Positions 15,830 to 28,187 of a stretch of 64,000 bases of DNA are shown in pieces. The notes beneath the pieces were generated by a model. That model did no database searches and was not told the DNA's origin. It saw nothing but the letters and a program-made list of their open reading frames with translations. The DNA comes from the human T2T-CHM13v2.0 reference genome, Homo sapiens. How positions within the stretch are numbered: position 1 is the stretch's first letter; every line of letters starts with the position of its first letter. The DNA lies in the NCBI RefSeq assembly GCF_009914755.1, contig NC_060929.1; one strand, 5' to 3'. Both the position numbers and the translations under genes were made by a program.

Positions 15830-16155
15830 CTACCATTCTCCCTGCTTGGAATACTTTTCATTCTTCTTCCCTCCTCCTCATCCTTCAGGTCTCAGTTTAG
15901 CCATCTGCTTCCTCATGAGCCCTGCTCTGAGCCCTCTTATGTCATTTCACATTCTCTTGTACTTCCTCCATCAGAGAACCTCTCATTCTGCATTATAATT
16001 GCCTGTTGTCCTGTATGTGTCCCCTACTAAACCACAGGTTCCTTAACAGTAGAGACCAGGTCTATATACTAAACCTTTGCATCCCCAGCACCGAGTACAG
16101 CACCAGACACATAGTAAGTGCACAATAAATACTTAATAAGTAAAAGGATGGATGC
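15830..16155. mobile_element. L2 3' fragment
   Basis: L2 3' end ATCCCCAGCACCGAGTACAGCACCAGACACATAGTAAGTG...AATAAAT. Confidence 0.65.
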
Positions 16156-16302
16156 CAGACTCTTCATTCCCAATCTGCTGACACACATTAAATTATTATT
16201 TCACACTGGAATGGATTTTAGAAAATCAGAGAGAGCCCTACATGGCTTCATGTCTTATACTGCTCTTAAATAATCATAATCTCATGTCAGAAATTCAAGG
16301 CA

Positions 16303-16586
16303 ATTTTTAAAATACATAATATGTTACATATTTATGGGGTACATGTGATATTTTATTACATGCATAGAATGTATAATGATCAAGTTATGGTATTCGGGTT
16401 ATTTATCACCTTGAGTATTTATTATTTCTATGTGTTGGGGACATTTCAAATTCTCTCTTCTGGCTTCTTTGAAATATGCAATACATTGTTGCTAACTACA
16501 GTCACTGTACTCTGCTATCAAACATTAGAATTTATACCTTTTATCTAACCGTATATTTGTACCCATTGACCAACCTCTTTTCATCA
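16303..16586 (-). mobile_element. L1MA 3' fragment
   Basis: ACATATTTATGGGGTACATGTGATATTTT...GTACCCATTGACCAACCTC. Confidence 0.8.
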
Positions 16587-18079
16587 AGGCAGTCTTAACC
16601 AGATTCTAATAGATTCAATTTCTGAAGAAAGTAACTAAACTTGTGAAAATGACACCTTGAAGTGATTCTTACATTATATTAAAACACAAGCACGTGTGTA
16701 TAGACACACACTCACCTTGTACCTCACACTGATCGCTAAGCTGTGCACAATACTTATATAGTCACCAACCCTCCAAATTTGGAGAAGGGCACTGTCTTTG
16801 TACTTTGAAGGGATTTTTCAGAAACATTTGGACTTGATGAGGCACAGTGAAAAGCAGGTATTTATCCTGGCTATTCTTCACGACAAGCTCTTAAAATTTG
16901 GACTCTGAACTGTCTCTCGCAGTTTTTATGTTTTTAGAAATTTTGAGTCTGATATGACACAAGTCGTAAAATTTGACCAAATAACAAAATACTTCCATTT
17001 TTTTTCTCCCTCCATCTTGGAGGAGGAATAGGGGGCATAAAAGTTGGAAGCTCCAGGGAAATCCACTCAAAGCTATTCAGTTTCATCTCATTAAAGTAAC
17101 ATCATCAAGGGCAAACCAAATAAAACTCAAACCCCCAATCAATATTATATTAGAATGCACTGAAAGTGTTACTTAGTTGGTAGGAAGGAAAAAAAATCGT
17201 ACATTGAAATTACAACAGATGTAAGCCTTTTATTCAAATAGACCAGAGAGCAAAAGGTAATTTTTCAATAGCAAGGGAAGAGCTGAACTCTACCTCACAT
17301 CACCAACACTATTTAAAAGCAAAACCTGCTCTTATTATTTTATATAAAAACACATTTAAAAATATCACCTGCATGGAGTCTCTATAAATGCATAATGCTA
17401 ACATTGCATAGTTCCCTTAGGACACAAATGCCTCACACATCTTTATCCATAGTCTGATGGAGAATATTCACAAACATATATGCATACAGACACAAACACA
17501 GTATACATACACATACACACATACCTGCTTTTTGTTTTCTTCCCTTTTTGAACTGTGACCACCTTTTAAATTTTATTAGCTCTATGATAAAATATTTATC
17601 TAGAGCCTTTTTCCCTCTTCGTTCCTTTTATTAAAGGGAGCTCTTCTCTTCTGAATGTTGTACTCTTTGATCTCTCTCAGGGTTCATACAAACTCTGTTA
17701 CAAACTCCACCTCTAAAGAGAATCTCTGATGATTCTCTTTCTTAAATCAAAATACAGTTCTTTTGTATTAAATTTTATTTTCCATTATCCCAAAATATAG
17801 CCAAATGTGGAGGCTGTAAAGCTAAAGCCTCACCACACACTGTATCGAGAAATGAATAAAAAAGCCTAGCAGAAGCCTTCATGCTACTTCATCCAAATCA
17901 AGTGTAACTACTTAGGAGTTAATAATGAAAGGGCTTTAGAATATTTGATACAGGTGAGAAGTTGTTTTTCCTACACAGTGATTTCTAGATCTATTTTCTC
18001 ATTGGAAATTACCTGTTCAGTGATACCTTTTATTCTTCGTTATATTCAAAGTAAGATGCCCATATTGTCTTTCTTTGCC

Positions 18080-18134
18080 TCTTGAGCCCAAGCTCTTTTT
18101 CTTTGTGTCTTGACCCCAAGCTCTTTTTCTTTGT
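18080..18134. repeat. 28-bp tandem duplication
   Basis: TCTTGA(G/C)CCCAAGCTCTTTTTCTTTGT occurs twice. Confidence 0.85.
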
Positions 18135-18332
18135 TTGAGCAGTTAATATATCTACTTTGTTCTCTAGCTTATTCGACAAACCTAACATCAATAAAGCAGG
18201 CTCTATTCTTGTTTAACCAACACTCTCTCTCCTGGTAATTTTATAACCAGTTATATCATCCCCATGTACATTTGGTCAAAATATGTTCTTGTTCTTAAAA
18301 CAGTAAATCAAACTATGCTTCCTATGTACAAT

Positions 18333-18458
18333 AACTATTTAAAAAATGTAAATTAACTTGTGTCCTACGGAACAAATTTTAAGCAACTGGAACTATTTAA
18401 AAAATGTAAATTAACTTGTGTCCCACGGAACAAATTTTAAGCAATTGGAACTATTTAA
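18333..18458. repeat. 58-bp tandem duplication (2.2 copies)
   Basis: Units 18333-18390 and 18391-18448 differ at 2 positions; partial third unit AACTATTTAA. Confidence 0.93.
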
Positions 18459-18514
18459 CACTTCTATACTGCTACTTTATCAAGAAGAGTAGGTATAAAT
18501 AATAATACGAATAC

Positions 18515-18551
18515 CTTTATTTCCATAGGTGTTTTCATCTGGATAATTCAT
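18515..18551 (-). CDS. PPP2R2B: PPP2R2B alternative N-terminal coding segment MNYPDENTYGNK (exon ~18515-18599)
   Basis: Minus strand ATG AAT TAT CCA GAT GAA AAC ACC TAT GGA AAT AAA G|GTATTC: 37 nt, phase-1 donor matching the Bbeta1 exon phase. Candidate acceptor TGTTTGTCACAG|GAG at 18601-18600. The peptide matches my recollection of an annotated PPP2R2B isoform N-terminus. Confidence 0.72.
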
Positions 18552-18843
18552 GCTTCATTATTGGGCCACTATTCTCTGTCTTGGGTTCTCCCTTGGCTCC
18601 TGTGACAAACATGGGGTTCAGATCCAGACTCCAGGAGGTAGTGATGCTTCAACTTTTGGTAACATACAGGTGCATTTACATACTTTCCACATACCCCCTA
18701 CCATCTCTTTGGGAGAGTTTGCTCCAGGCCTGTCAAAATCCAGGCTAACAAGGTAACACAATCAACACTGTAAAAGCTTCCTTGCCTCAGCCCCGTCGAC
18801 CTGAAGTGGACTGCCTACTCACTTGAGAAGACAGACAGAGAGC

Positions 18844-19024
18844 CACGGTCTCAAAGTGTTGCTCCTGATCATCATCAGCAGCAGTAGGATTACCTGGGAA
18901 ACTGAAAAAATCAAACTCACAGGCCTATAGACCTATTCTAAGCTTGAGGGGGTGGAGCCTGGAACCTTGTATTTAACAAATACTTCAGGTGATTCTAATG
19001 CACGTTAAAGTTTGAAAACAGCTG
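18844..19024. mobile_element. MER5A hAT element
   Basis: TCTCAAAGTGT...CAGGTGATTCTAATGCACGTTAAAGTTTGAAAAC. Confidence 0.75.
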
Positions 19025-19649
19025 CTGTATGACCTCTAGGGAGTTTTGAAGAGGCTGTAGTGATCAGGAGAGCTGGCTTCATATAGCCAAAGTAGGGTCC
19101 TGTGGACAGGATACTCAGCGTTTGGGGTAGGGTTTTATGGTGCAGGGCTAGGAGCAGTGGGTGAAAGAGAATGCTCTGGTGCAGAACAACTTCTATGCAA
19201 TAGGAACTATTCAGGAGCAGAAGTAAGTCACCTCACTCGTTAGAAATGGCCCCATTTCTCTGCAAGCGTTCAGAAGTATGAGGTTATATCCTACGAGAAA
19301 CTATGAAAAAGGTGATATAAGAAGAAATATTCAAAATAAACATGTAAGATTAAAAAAAATTAGGCCTTAATGGGAAGCTTCAACATACCACTAATATAGA
19401 ACAAAAGGTTCATAATTAGTCCATTATTGTTAATTTTTTAGTATCTTAAATTTATTATCCTTAAATATCCTGCTGATGGTGCATGGAGTAGATAATGAGT
19501 TTTAGTTTCCTCAATGTTTCATTTCATATTCAGAAAAAGAATCCAACCTAACAGATTATTTAAAAGAGATAAAATCACCACCAGCCAGTACTGATACTGG
19601 ATCAAAGATTAAGGTTAGTGTATTAACTTATTTGTCCTCTGTTTTGTAA

Positions 19650-20033
<384 letters not shown>

Positions 20034-20039
20034 TAACAT

Positions 20040-20255
20040 TTAGCAATTACTACCTACTATTTTCCTGGGACTGTCATGAGCACATTACAGGCACCGTCAC
20101 TTTTAATACTTACAATAGCCTTATGAGGTTAAGCATTGTTATCTTTATTTTACAGATGAGGCACCTGGGCTTAGAGAGGTTAAATAACTTGCCCAAGGAC
20201 TAGCAAGTGGTGGAGCCAGGATACAAACCCAGTCATCTCCAGAGTCTGTTTTCTT
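20040..20255 (-). mobile_element. MIR
   Basis: ATTTTACAGATGAGG...AGAGAGGTTAAATAACTTGCCCAAGG. Confidence 0.75.
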
Positions 20256-21524
20256 GACTACTTTTTTCATATAATTCTAAACTCTAGGGTTGGGAGGGTA
20301 AAAATGTATGTGGTCCAGTGCAAATAATACTTATGACCACTTAAGTCTTCTAAAACTACTAAAAACAACCAACTACTCACTGAATGTTTAATCTGTGTCA
20401 GGGACTGAACTAGCCATGTACAAGTATTATCTCACTTAATCCTCACAACAACCATGGAAAGTAGTTACTACTATTGTCTTAACTTTACATAGGGGCAACT
20501 GCAGTTAGAGGATTTAAGTAATGAGCCCATCTTCTTATCAAAGACTTCACTGCTTACATAATAAAATGGAAATGAGGCAAAAAAAATACACACAGTACTC
20601 AGTAAATGTTGTTTACTAGTCACTAGTAAATTAGTGACTAGTTTCTGGGGATCAGAATGGTGTTGGTGATGATCAATCCATTGTTTTTCTTACCTATTTT
20701 CTTGCTCATTCCAAATGGTAGATATCTGTGAGTTAGATACTTGAGCGCAATATACAGCCATGACATAAAAGTAAATCCACTGGCTTCTCTATGTCTTTAT
20801 TATCACCAAACCCTAGTGCTTTAAGGCTTGCACCACTGTCCAGGAATGTGGTTCCAGAGACTCTTCCACTTGGCAAGAGTAACAATGAGTGACTTTAGGA
20901 ATGAGACACAACCCATGCCCAAGCCCCAAAATCAAAGGTGTAAAGCACACCAAGTTGTTCCACCCAAAGAACCTTGTTCTAAAAATGTTAGTGGTCAGTG
21001 TCTTACAGAGAGTCAGCAAGCAGATGCACTTTTTTCCAAGACTATAAGATTTCATCTAGTTGGGAGTTTATTGATTTATCTGATATTCCGATATCATAGA
21101 AAGAGCTCGGTTTTATGAATCAGTCTCTAAACCTCAGTCTTTTCTCCACCATAAACTAGGTATGTGATCATAGACAAGTTGATTAACTCCACTGGATCTC
21201 AGTTTTCTCACTGAAAAAATGAGAATAAAGGAAATTTACTCTTTATATTTGTTGAGCAGAGTAGATAAGAGCTGTGAAAATGCTTTGCAGAAATACAAAA
21301 CCCCTCCCACAAGTATAAGATGACATTACTATTTTACATAACTCCTTCCTTGCCTAATATTTAGCTGCTAATGTATCAACCTGTTTGGAGAAGTTGGTTT
21401 ATTGAAGAACTAATTTAAAAGCAAGAGGAAGGGGCAATTCTTAAGAGTTGAAAACTATCAGCAGTGCCAAAGACAACTGAATTGTTTGATCAGTTGTTTT
21501 GATGGTTAAGAGGGAGTAAGATAT

Positions 21525-21640
21525 TTATTACCTGGGTAACCAAATAATGTGCATGTTGCAAACCCCTGTGACATGCAGCTTATCTATCTAACAATCCTAC
21601 ACATGTACTTCTAAACCTAAAATAAAAGTTTTAAAAAAAG
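21525..21640 (+). mobile_element. Very short older L1PA 3' end insertion
   Basis: CAAACCCCTGTGACATG...AACCTAAAATAAAAGTT flanked by a near-TSD AAGAGGGAGT(C)AAGA. Confidence 0.75.
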
Positions 21641-23063
21641 AGGGAGTCAAGAGCCAGTAAGCGTGGCAAACCCCCCAGATAAGTTCATGTTGGTATGAAA
21701 TAGCCTGAGAAACCTTTCTGTGAAAGCAACAAGGAATATCACAAAACTACCATGTAAATGAACAGGACATAAATAGCAGCTCAACAACATGGGCTCTTTG
21801 GGTTTCTATTCAAATTTCAAGGTGCCAAGTCTCTTGCTTGTCTACATCAGAGAGTAGAACGTGGCCTATGTATAGATTAGAACATCAGGGAAAGGAGGTA
21901 GTATGAAGGACAGTTTTGTGTAGGGAAAAAAAAGAAATTCTATCTGAAGTTTACCTTGGAGAGATGAAGAAAATATGGTATTTAGCACTATTAAGTGTTT
22001 TTCCATCTTATTGGAGAGATTCAACCAAAAGGTATAAGAGCAAAAACACAAAAATCAGGAAAACAATTTTTCTAGTGATTTTACCTTTATCTTGGACTAT
22101 GGTTTCCTCTCAAGGTATCTAGCAGATTAAAATTGCTTTGTGATGTGGCACCACCATCCTGCTTTTCCTTTTATAGCTCTCATCTTAAAACGTTTTACAG
22201 GTCCACACAAACAGGTAAAACAAAAGCCATCATGCTATTTTAAGTATACATTTTCCCTGGGCCTATCAAATTTAGAAAAGCATATTCACTCTTTCAAGTT
22301 GCTAGTTGTGGCTTGAACTGATTGCTTGATTAATCACTCAAACTCTGGCTCTAGACCATCTTACCCATGTTCCCTTTTCAGTATATCAAAAACAGAGGTC
22401 ATGAGATTGCTTAGATCATGAAACCAAGAAAGGAAATCAAGCCTTTGACACAGAAAACACACCACACTTTCTAAAGCAAGATCATCTTATGAGTGGATGG
22501 TAGTATTCTCCTATGTTTCTCTGACAAAATGTACCCATACTCTGTCTTTAACAGCCTCATTGCCATACACTACACTTGACCTGCTGCCCCATATGCAGAC
22601 CTCTCCAGTAGGTCCGATAGTCACTAATCCACTGACTAAACATTTTAAAACTGGCTTTGGCAAAACATGCCAGAAATTCCTTCAGGGTAATTAAAACCAC
22701 CCTCTGTGTCAATAAACACAGACTGAAATCTTTCATGTGCAGAGGGGCTGGCTCTGACCCACTGGCTCTAGGACATTTTTTCTTAGATGAGTTTTCCATC
22801 ATTGCAATTGATTTTCACTGACTCATCCAGACCATTGCTCAGTCCCCTTATAAAATGATTGGCTGAGATCAGAGATATAGTCTTAGCTTTCTTGTTGCAG
22901 CCAAGACATAAGGACCAAAGGGGCTATAAATCTAAGGGCCAGGCTCATTGCTAAAGCCTTTTCACCCAGATCTTCAGGTGACAGACCTTAAAAAGGATTC
23001 TTGCTATAGAAGCTGACAGTCACAGTGTTCACTTATCACTCCTCTTCCAGCATTCAAACTGAA

Positions 23064-23506
23064 TTTTTTTTTTTTTTTTTTTTTTTTTTTGAGACTGAGT
23101 CTCCTCTGTCGCTCGGGCTGGAGTGCAGTGGCGCGATCTCGGCTCATTGCAACCTCTGACTCCCGGGTTCATGTCATTCTCCTGCCTCAGCCTCCTGAGT
23201 AGCTGGGACTACAGGTGCCCGCCACCACGCCCGGCTAATTTTTTTGTATTTTTTGTGGAGACAGGGTTTCACCGTGTTAGCCAGGATGGTGTCGATCTCC
23301 TGACCTCATGATCCGCCCAGCTCGGCCTCCCAAAGTGCTGGGATTACAGGTGTGAGCCACCGCGCCCAGCCTAATTTCCTATATTTTTAGTAGAGGTGGG
23401 GTTTCACCGTGTTAACCAGGATAGTCTCAATCTCCTGACCTCGTGATCCACCCAGCTCAGCCTCCCAAAGTTCTGGGATTACAGGCGTGAGCCACCGCGC
23501 CCGTCG
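23064..23506 (-). mobile_element. AluY with an extra left monomer (three-arm Alu)
   Basis: Full AluY at 23064-23371, then linker and a second left arm at 23372-23506; outer TSD-like TCAAACT(G)AAT. Confidence 0.9.
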
Positions 23507-25636
23507 TCAAACTAATGTGTCTTCAAAGTAAAAGGAAGAACTCAGGTGAATATTCGCTACATTAATTCCCAGAGACTAGTCACATAGCAGACACTCCATG
23601 AATTGTTTCTCACCACAATGGCAGCCTTACTGTTTTTATTATATAAACAATGTATATATTTATTTAAAACTGTCATACATTATAGACAATATAAAAACAG
23701 TAGAAGTTACTTAAAATTTCATCAGCCTGAGTTATCAATATATTTTTGTTGCCATTTTTCCATGGAATTCTTTGTCTATACAAATAAAATTTTATATAAG
23801 AGAAATCATACTTTACATACCCTTTTTATCATGGATGAAGCTACCTTTGACTTTCTTTAAAATACAGCATTTTTTTTTTTTTGGCTTGCTGCTTTCATCC
23901 CCCTCATAGCCAATATTAATAAACTTTCACATAATTTTTCTTATTGATATTATCATGTAATAACTCATATAATATGAATGAAGTTTCAGTTGCTCAGTAA
24001 ATACCTGCTGAATGGTTAAAGAGTGAAAGAACACACGCATAAACATGAGTGAATGAAAGAATAAATAATCTATTATGATCTTAATTAGCCAGTACAGTTT
24101 CCAAGTGATTGCAGAAATCTCAGATCACATCTTTTGACATCTCCCCTGCATCTTTAAACTTTAGTTGGGGTAGGAGGACCTGGCTTTACCTCATTCAGAG
24201 GGACCTGCAAGTCTAAACTCCCAAGAAAAGAATATGTAACTGGCTGCTCTCCTAACTACAGAAATGCTGTTAATCTACTCTCAAATTGAAATCAAATTCA
24301 AAAACCATTACTAAGCACCTGTGTGCCAAGAACCCTACTGTCCTTTGTATGGTAAACTAGAGGGAAAGATGTGGTCACTGCCTTCTTGGAGTGTCTGTCT
24401 TGTTGGGGAGATGACGTGCAGGATCTGTGTCTTTAGATCTAGCTGTCTGAACTTGGACCTCAGTTGCCACATTCGTGAAATGGGGAAAATATCTATAAGC
24501 TCATAGGATTGCTGTGGTGATCAAAGAACTTGAGGAATTCAGGAAAAACTTCACAGGAAAATGTGGACTGGAGGCAGGCCTTGCAGGTACCAGGGAAGGG
24601 GAAGCAGGAATGGCCTGGAGTAGTGAGGACCCAGCACAAGCCAGCCTCAATGCTTTGAAGATCAATTAGGAGAGACTTAAAAGATGAGAGGATAGGCAGG
24701 AAACATGAAGGTTTATAAGCACAGGAGAAAACTGTGAACAGACTAATCTTCTTAAAGGGTCAAAGAAAAGTAAATTTTTTTTTTTTTGCCTTTTCAGCAT
24801 GTGCCAATGTCTACATCAAGGCCATTCATATGAGTGACTCAAAGGCAACCTGCTTGTCAAGTAATTGGAAAAAAAAAAAAAAAAAACCCTGGCTTACATA
24901 ATGGGCTCAAATCCAAGTTTCTAAGACTTATAGGAAAAATTCTGATCAGAAAATTTCCATCTCAAATTGTGCTGAGGAAGCTTGAGGACTGAGTAAGCAT
25001 GTTGCCAGCTGAAGTACAATACGATAATCAGACTGCTTTTGCTTTTTTTTTTTTCCACAGTGCACAGAGATTTGTAGGTCCTGGTGGGTGCTCACCAAGT
25101 TTCTGATCTCTGACCCCAGAAGGGGTCAGAGAACCTACAGAAAAATACATCTTGTTCACAAATGGAACTGCACCCAAAACTTTCCCTCTATATCCTATTA
25201 AGTGACCAGAAGGTCTTGACTTCTAAAACATAGTATGTCAGTTTCACCCAGGCTAATCCTACAGAATAGGAAAAGGGATTAGAAATTAGTCATTGCAGGA
25301 TATGTCAGCTGGAAACACTAAACTGTCCTAATCTCTTCTGATAGTTCAGGGTTCTAGGGAAGCTCTTCTCTGCCTGTCATATCTTCTCCTTTTAAACTGG
25401 CACCATTGATGAGTTCCAGTTTGCATGTCCCTACAGATCTGTGCTACTCTAATTAATCCCACCTACCCTTGGCTCCAAGACAGAAGAGGAAGAGGATGAA
25501 AAGTAGATTTTAATATTGCACCCCCAAATCTCCATTGAAACTTGGAGTTTCTAGAAGATGCTTTAACACTTTTAGTCCTCTGAGAAGGCAACTGGGTCAC
25601 CTACTAACCACCACAAATATTTATCCATTCAACTGC

Positions 25637-25694
25637 CCATCCATCCATCTATCCATCCATCCATCCATCCATCCATCCATCCATCCATCCATCC
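25637..25694. repeat. (TCCA)n tetranucleotide microsatellite
   Basis: Direct reading; one TCTA interruption. Confidence 0.95.
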
Positions 25695-25949
25695 TTTAAA
25701 TTTTATGTGCTTATCCTGCGTATAATTTTTAAAATATTGTATAAACTTTTTTAAATTAAAAAAATGCCTCAAAGAGCTTAATATTTTTATTTCAATAACC
25801 CAAGACACTTCAAAGAGGAAGAATGTTCTAAATAAATACTCAGGCTAAATGAATTGAGATTTCACACCGACTCCCAACTGTAACCCCCAAAGACTGCTGA
25901 AATGCAGACAGCCAATATACTTTGAAAGTGGACTAAAAATCGCTCACTG

Positions 25950-26230
25950 AAAATATGGACAGAACAAAAGTGGAAAAGGGCCATAGCAATTACAAAGGTA
26001 TTCCTTGGAACAGCGATTTTAGAAGGAAATTTATTCCTATCATCTAGAAACATAATTGTTCATACCATTTAATCCAGTAATCTTGCCTTTAGAAACTTGT
26101 TCTAAAAAATAAAGACACGGTTTAGAGTCATGCCATTATTTATCTATTTCACAATTATTACAGCAATATTGGAAAGAATCTAAACTTCCATCATTAGGTG
26201 GCTAGTAAAATTATGGTTCAACTATAGAAT
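25950..26230 (+). repeat. Copy 1 of a local ~290-bp direct duplication
   Basis: Aligns by eye with 26887-27184. Confidence 0.9.
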
Positions 26231-26886
26231 GTTAACTACAGTGGTAATTTATAAGATTTGTACTTTTTATTTAGATTAAACAATAGTGCCAGTTTTGGGA
26301 GAAGACTAGAGATGTCTGGAAGTCTAAAGTCATTGATAGTTAAAGTCTAATTTTTTTCAGATTTGCCTGGGTTCAAATTTCATTCAACCACACATAGTAT
26401 TAACCAAAAAAAAAAAAAAAAAAAAAAAAAAGCACAGCTTTCCGAAATGTCAAATTTGTACCCCATGAGAGACTAGCTCATTAAACAACCATACTGGTTG
26501 TCATACTGGGTCAATCATTCTTTGAAGTTACCTACTCACCAGTTTGAAGAAAATTAACATTTCTGGGTCACCAGGTTCCATATACTCATCTACAAATGAT
26601 GCCCTGGAACCATGAAAGTAATTTTATTTAATATAGGTGGGCAACTGAATCCCAGGGTACAAACTACTCACCCATGTGCTTAATGGCAGAGGCTGAGAAT
26701 TGAGCCTGCCTCTCCTCTCAGAAAGGGTCGAAGTACCTGGAGCTTTGCGGGGTAGAAGGGCAATGGGATCAAATTAAAATTCAATGGCTGTATCTTTAAG
26801 AATTTTTTCTCTGATCTTCACCCCACATAAGTTTCCTAGGATAAACTTAAGCACCTTGAAAATTTGTGACAATGTGAGGTGGAAGC

Positions 26887-27184
26887 AAAATATGGATAGA
26901 ACAAAAGTGGAAAACGCCTACAGTAATTACAAAGGTATTCCTTGGGATAGCCATTTTAGAAGGTAATTTAGTCCTATCATCTAGAAACATAATTGTTCAT
27001 ACCATTTAACCCAGTAAGCTACTTTTAGAAACTTGTTCTAAAACATAACCAAAGACATGATTTAGAGTCTATAACATAACCAAATACATTATTTATATAT
27101 TTCAGAATTAGTATAGCAAATATTGGAAATAATCTAAACTTTCATTATTAGGCAACAGGCAAAATTGTGGTTCAACTATAGAAT
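26887..27184 (+). repeat. Copy 2 of a local ~290-bp direct duplication
   Basis: Shared blocks such as CCTATCATCTAGAAACATAATTGTTCATACCATTTAA and TGGTTCAACTATAGAAT. Confidence 0.9.
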
Positions 27185-27301
27185 ATCATAGAAAAATGCT
27201 AACAGTTTGTGTCTGGGGCAAAAGCAAACAAACAAACCCTATAGATGATGTTGTTTTGCATAGAATCCTAGCATTCTCCATTCATCTCTCTCTTTGTCTC
27301 T

Positions 27302-27302
<1 letters not shown>

Positions 27303-27336
<34 letters not shown>
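27303..27336. repeat. (AC)17 microsatellite
   Basis: Direct count. Confidence 0.95.
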
Positions 27337-27338
<2 letters not shown>

Positions 27339-28003
27339 AGCCTGGAAGGAAATATAGCACATCAAAAATGTTTATAATGACTGTCTCTGGCACAGCTAGA
27401 AGTAAATTTGATTTTCTCTTTTAGAATTTTCTGTACAGTCAAAATTTTCATAATGAACATGTACTTTATTCTCTTAAAGGATCTTCCTTCTTTAACAGGT
27501 TTCATATTCATATTCACGTGTGTTTTTTAACGTATATATTCCCAATAGAAGGCAAGTTCTGTGAGAGCAGGGTCTACATTTAATTTTTAAATATTTTATA
27601 CCTAGGTTTTTTAGCACAGTGCCTAATATATAATAAATGTTTTTAAAATAACTACTGAGTGAACTATTGGACAGACACTGATTAGAAGGGATATGGCTAT
27701 GTGTGAGGACTCTAATGAGCTGTCAAACATTCATTCCATTACATCTCTAATCTCCAGCTCACTTGTTAAAACAACATGCCACCTTCCTCGCATACTTTTG
27801 CCTCCTAACATCACACAAGACTCTGCCTCCAATGAGGAAAGCCATTGCCACCCATCTCTACCTGCCAGCATCCTACCAAGGCCCCACCTCCCCACTTAAC
27901 CACTTCTGGTGAGGTGAGCTTCCCTCTAGCACTTACTGCAGCCACTCACTTAGACGATTAATACTGTTTGGACCTCTATTAGGTTCCCGGTACTCTTCTA
28001 GAA

Positions 28004-28187
28004 CAGGGGTCAGCAAATGATGGTCTACAGGCTACTCCTTGATTTTGTAAATAGAGTTTCACTAGAATACAGCCATGTCCACATACTACAATGGAAGAAT
28101 TGAGTAGCTGGGACAAAGGCTGTATGGTCAGCAAAGGCTAAAATACTTATCATCTGACCCTCTACAGGAAGAGTTTACTGATCCCTG
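28004..28187. mobile_element. MER58A-like hAT MITE
   Basis: TIRs CAGGGGTCAGCAAA / TTTACTGATCCCTG; 8-bp TSD (T/C)TCTAGAA. Confidence 0.85.

Noticed and set aside
18333-18458. CRISPR-like or other prokaryotic array
   Set aside because: Simple head-to-tail duplication without spacers, in human DNA.
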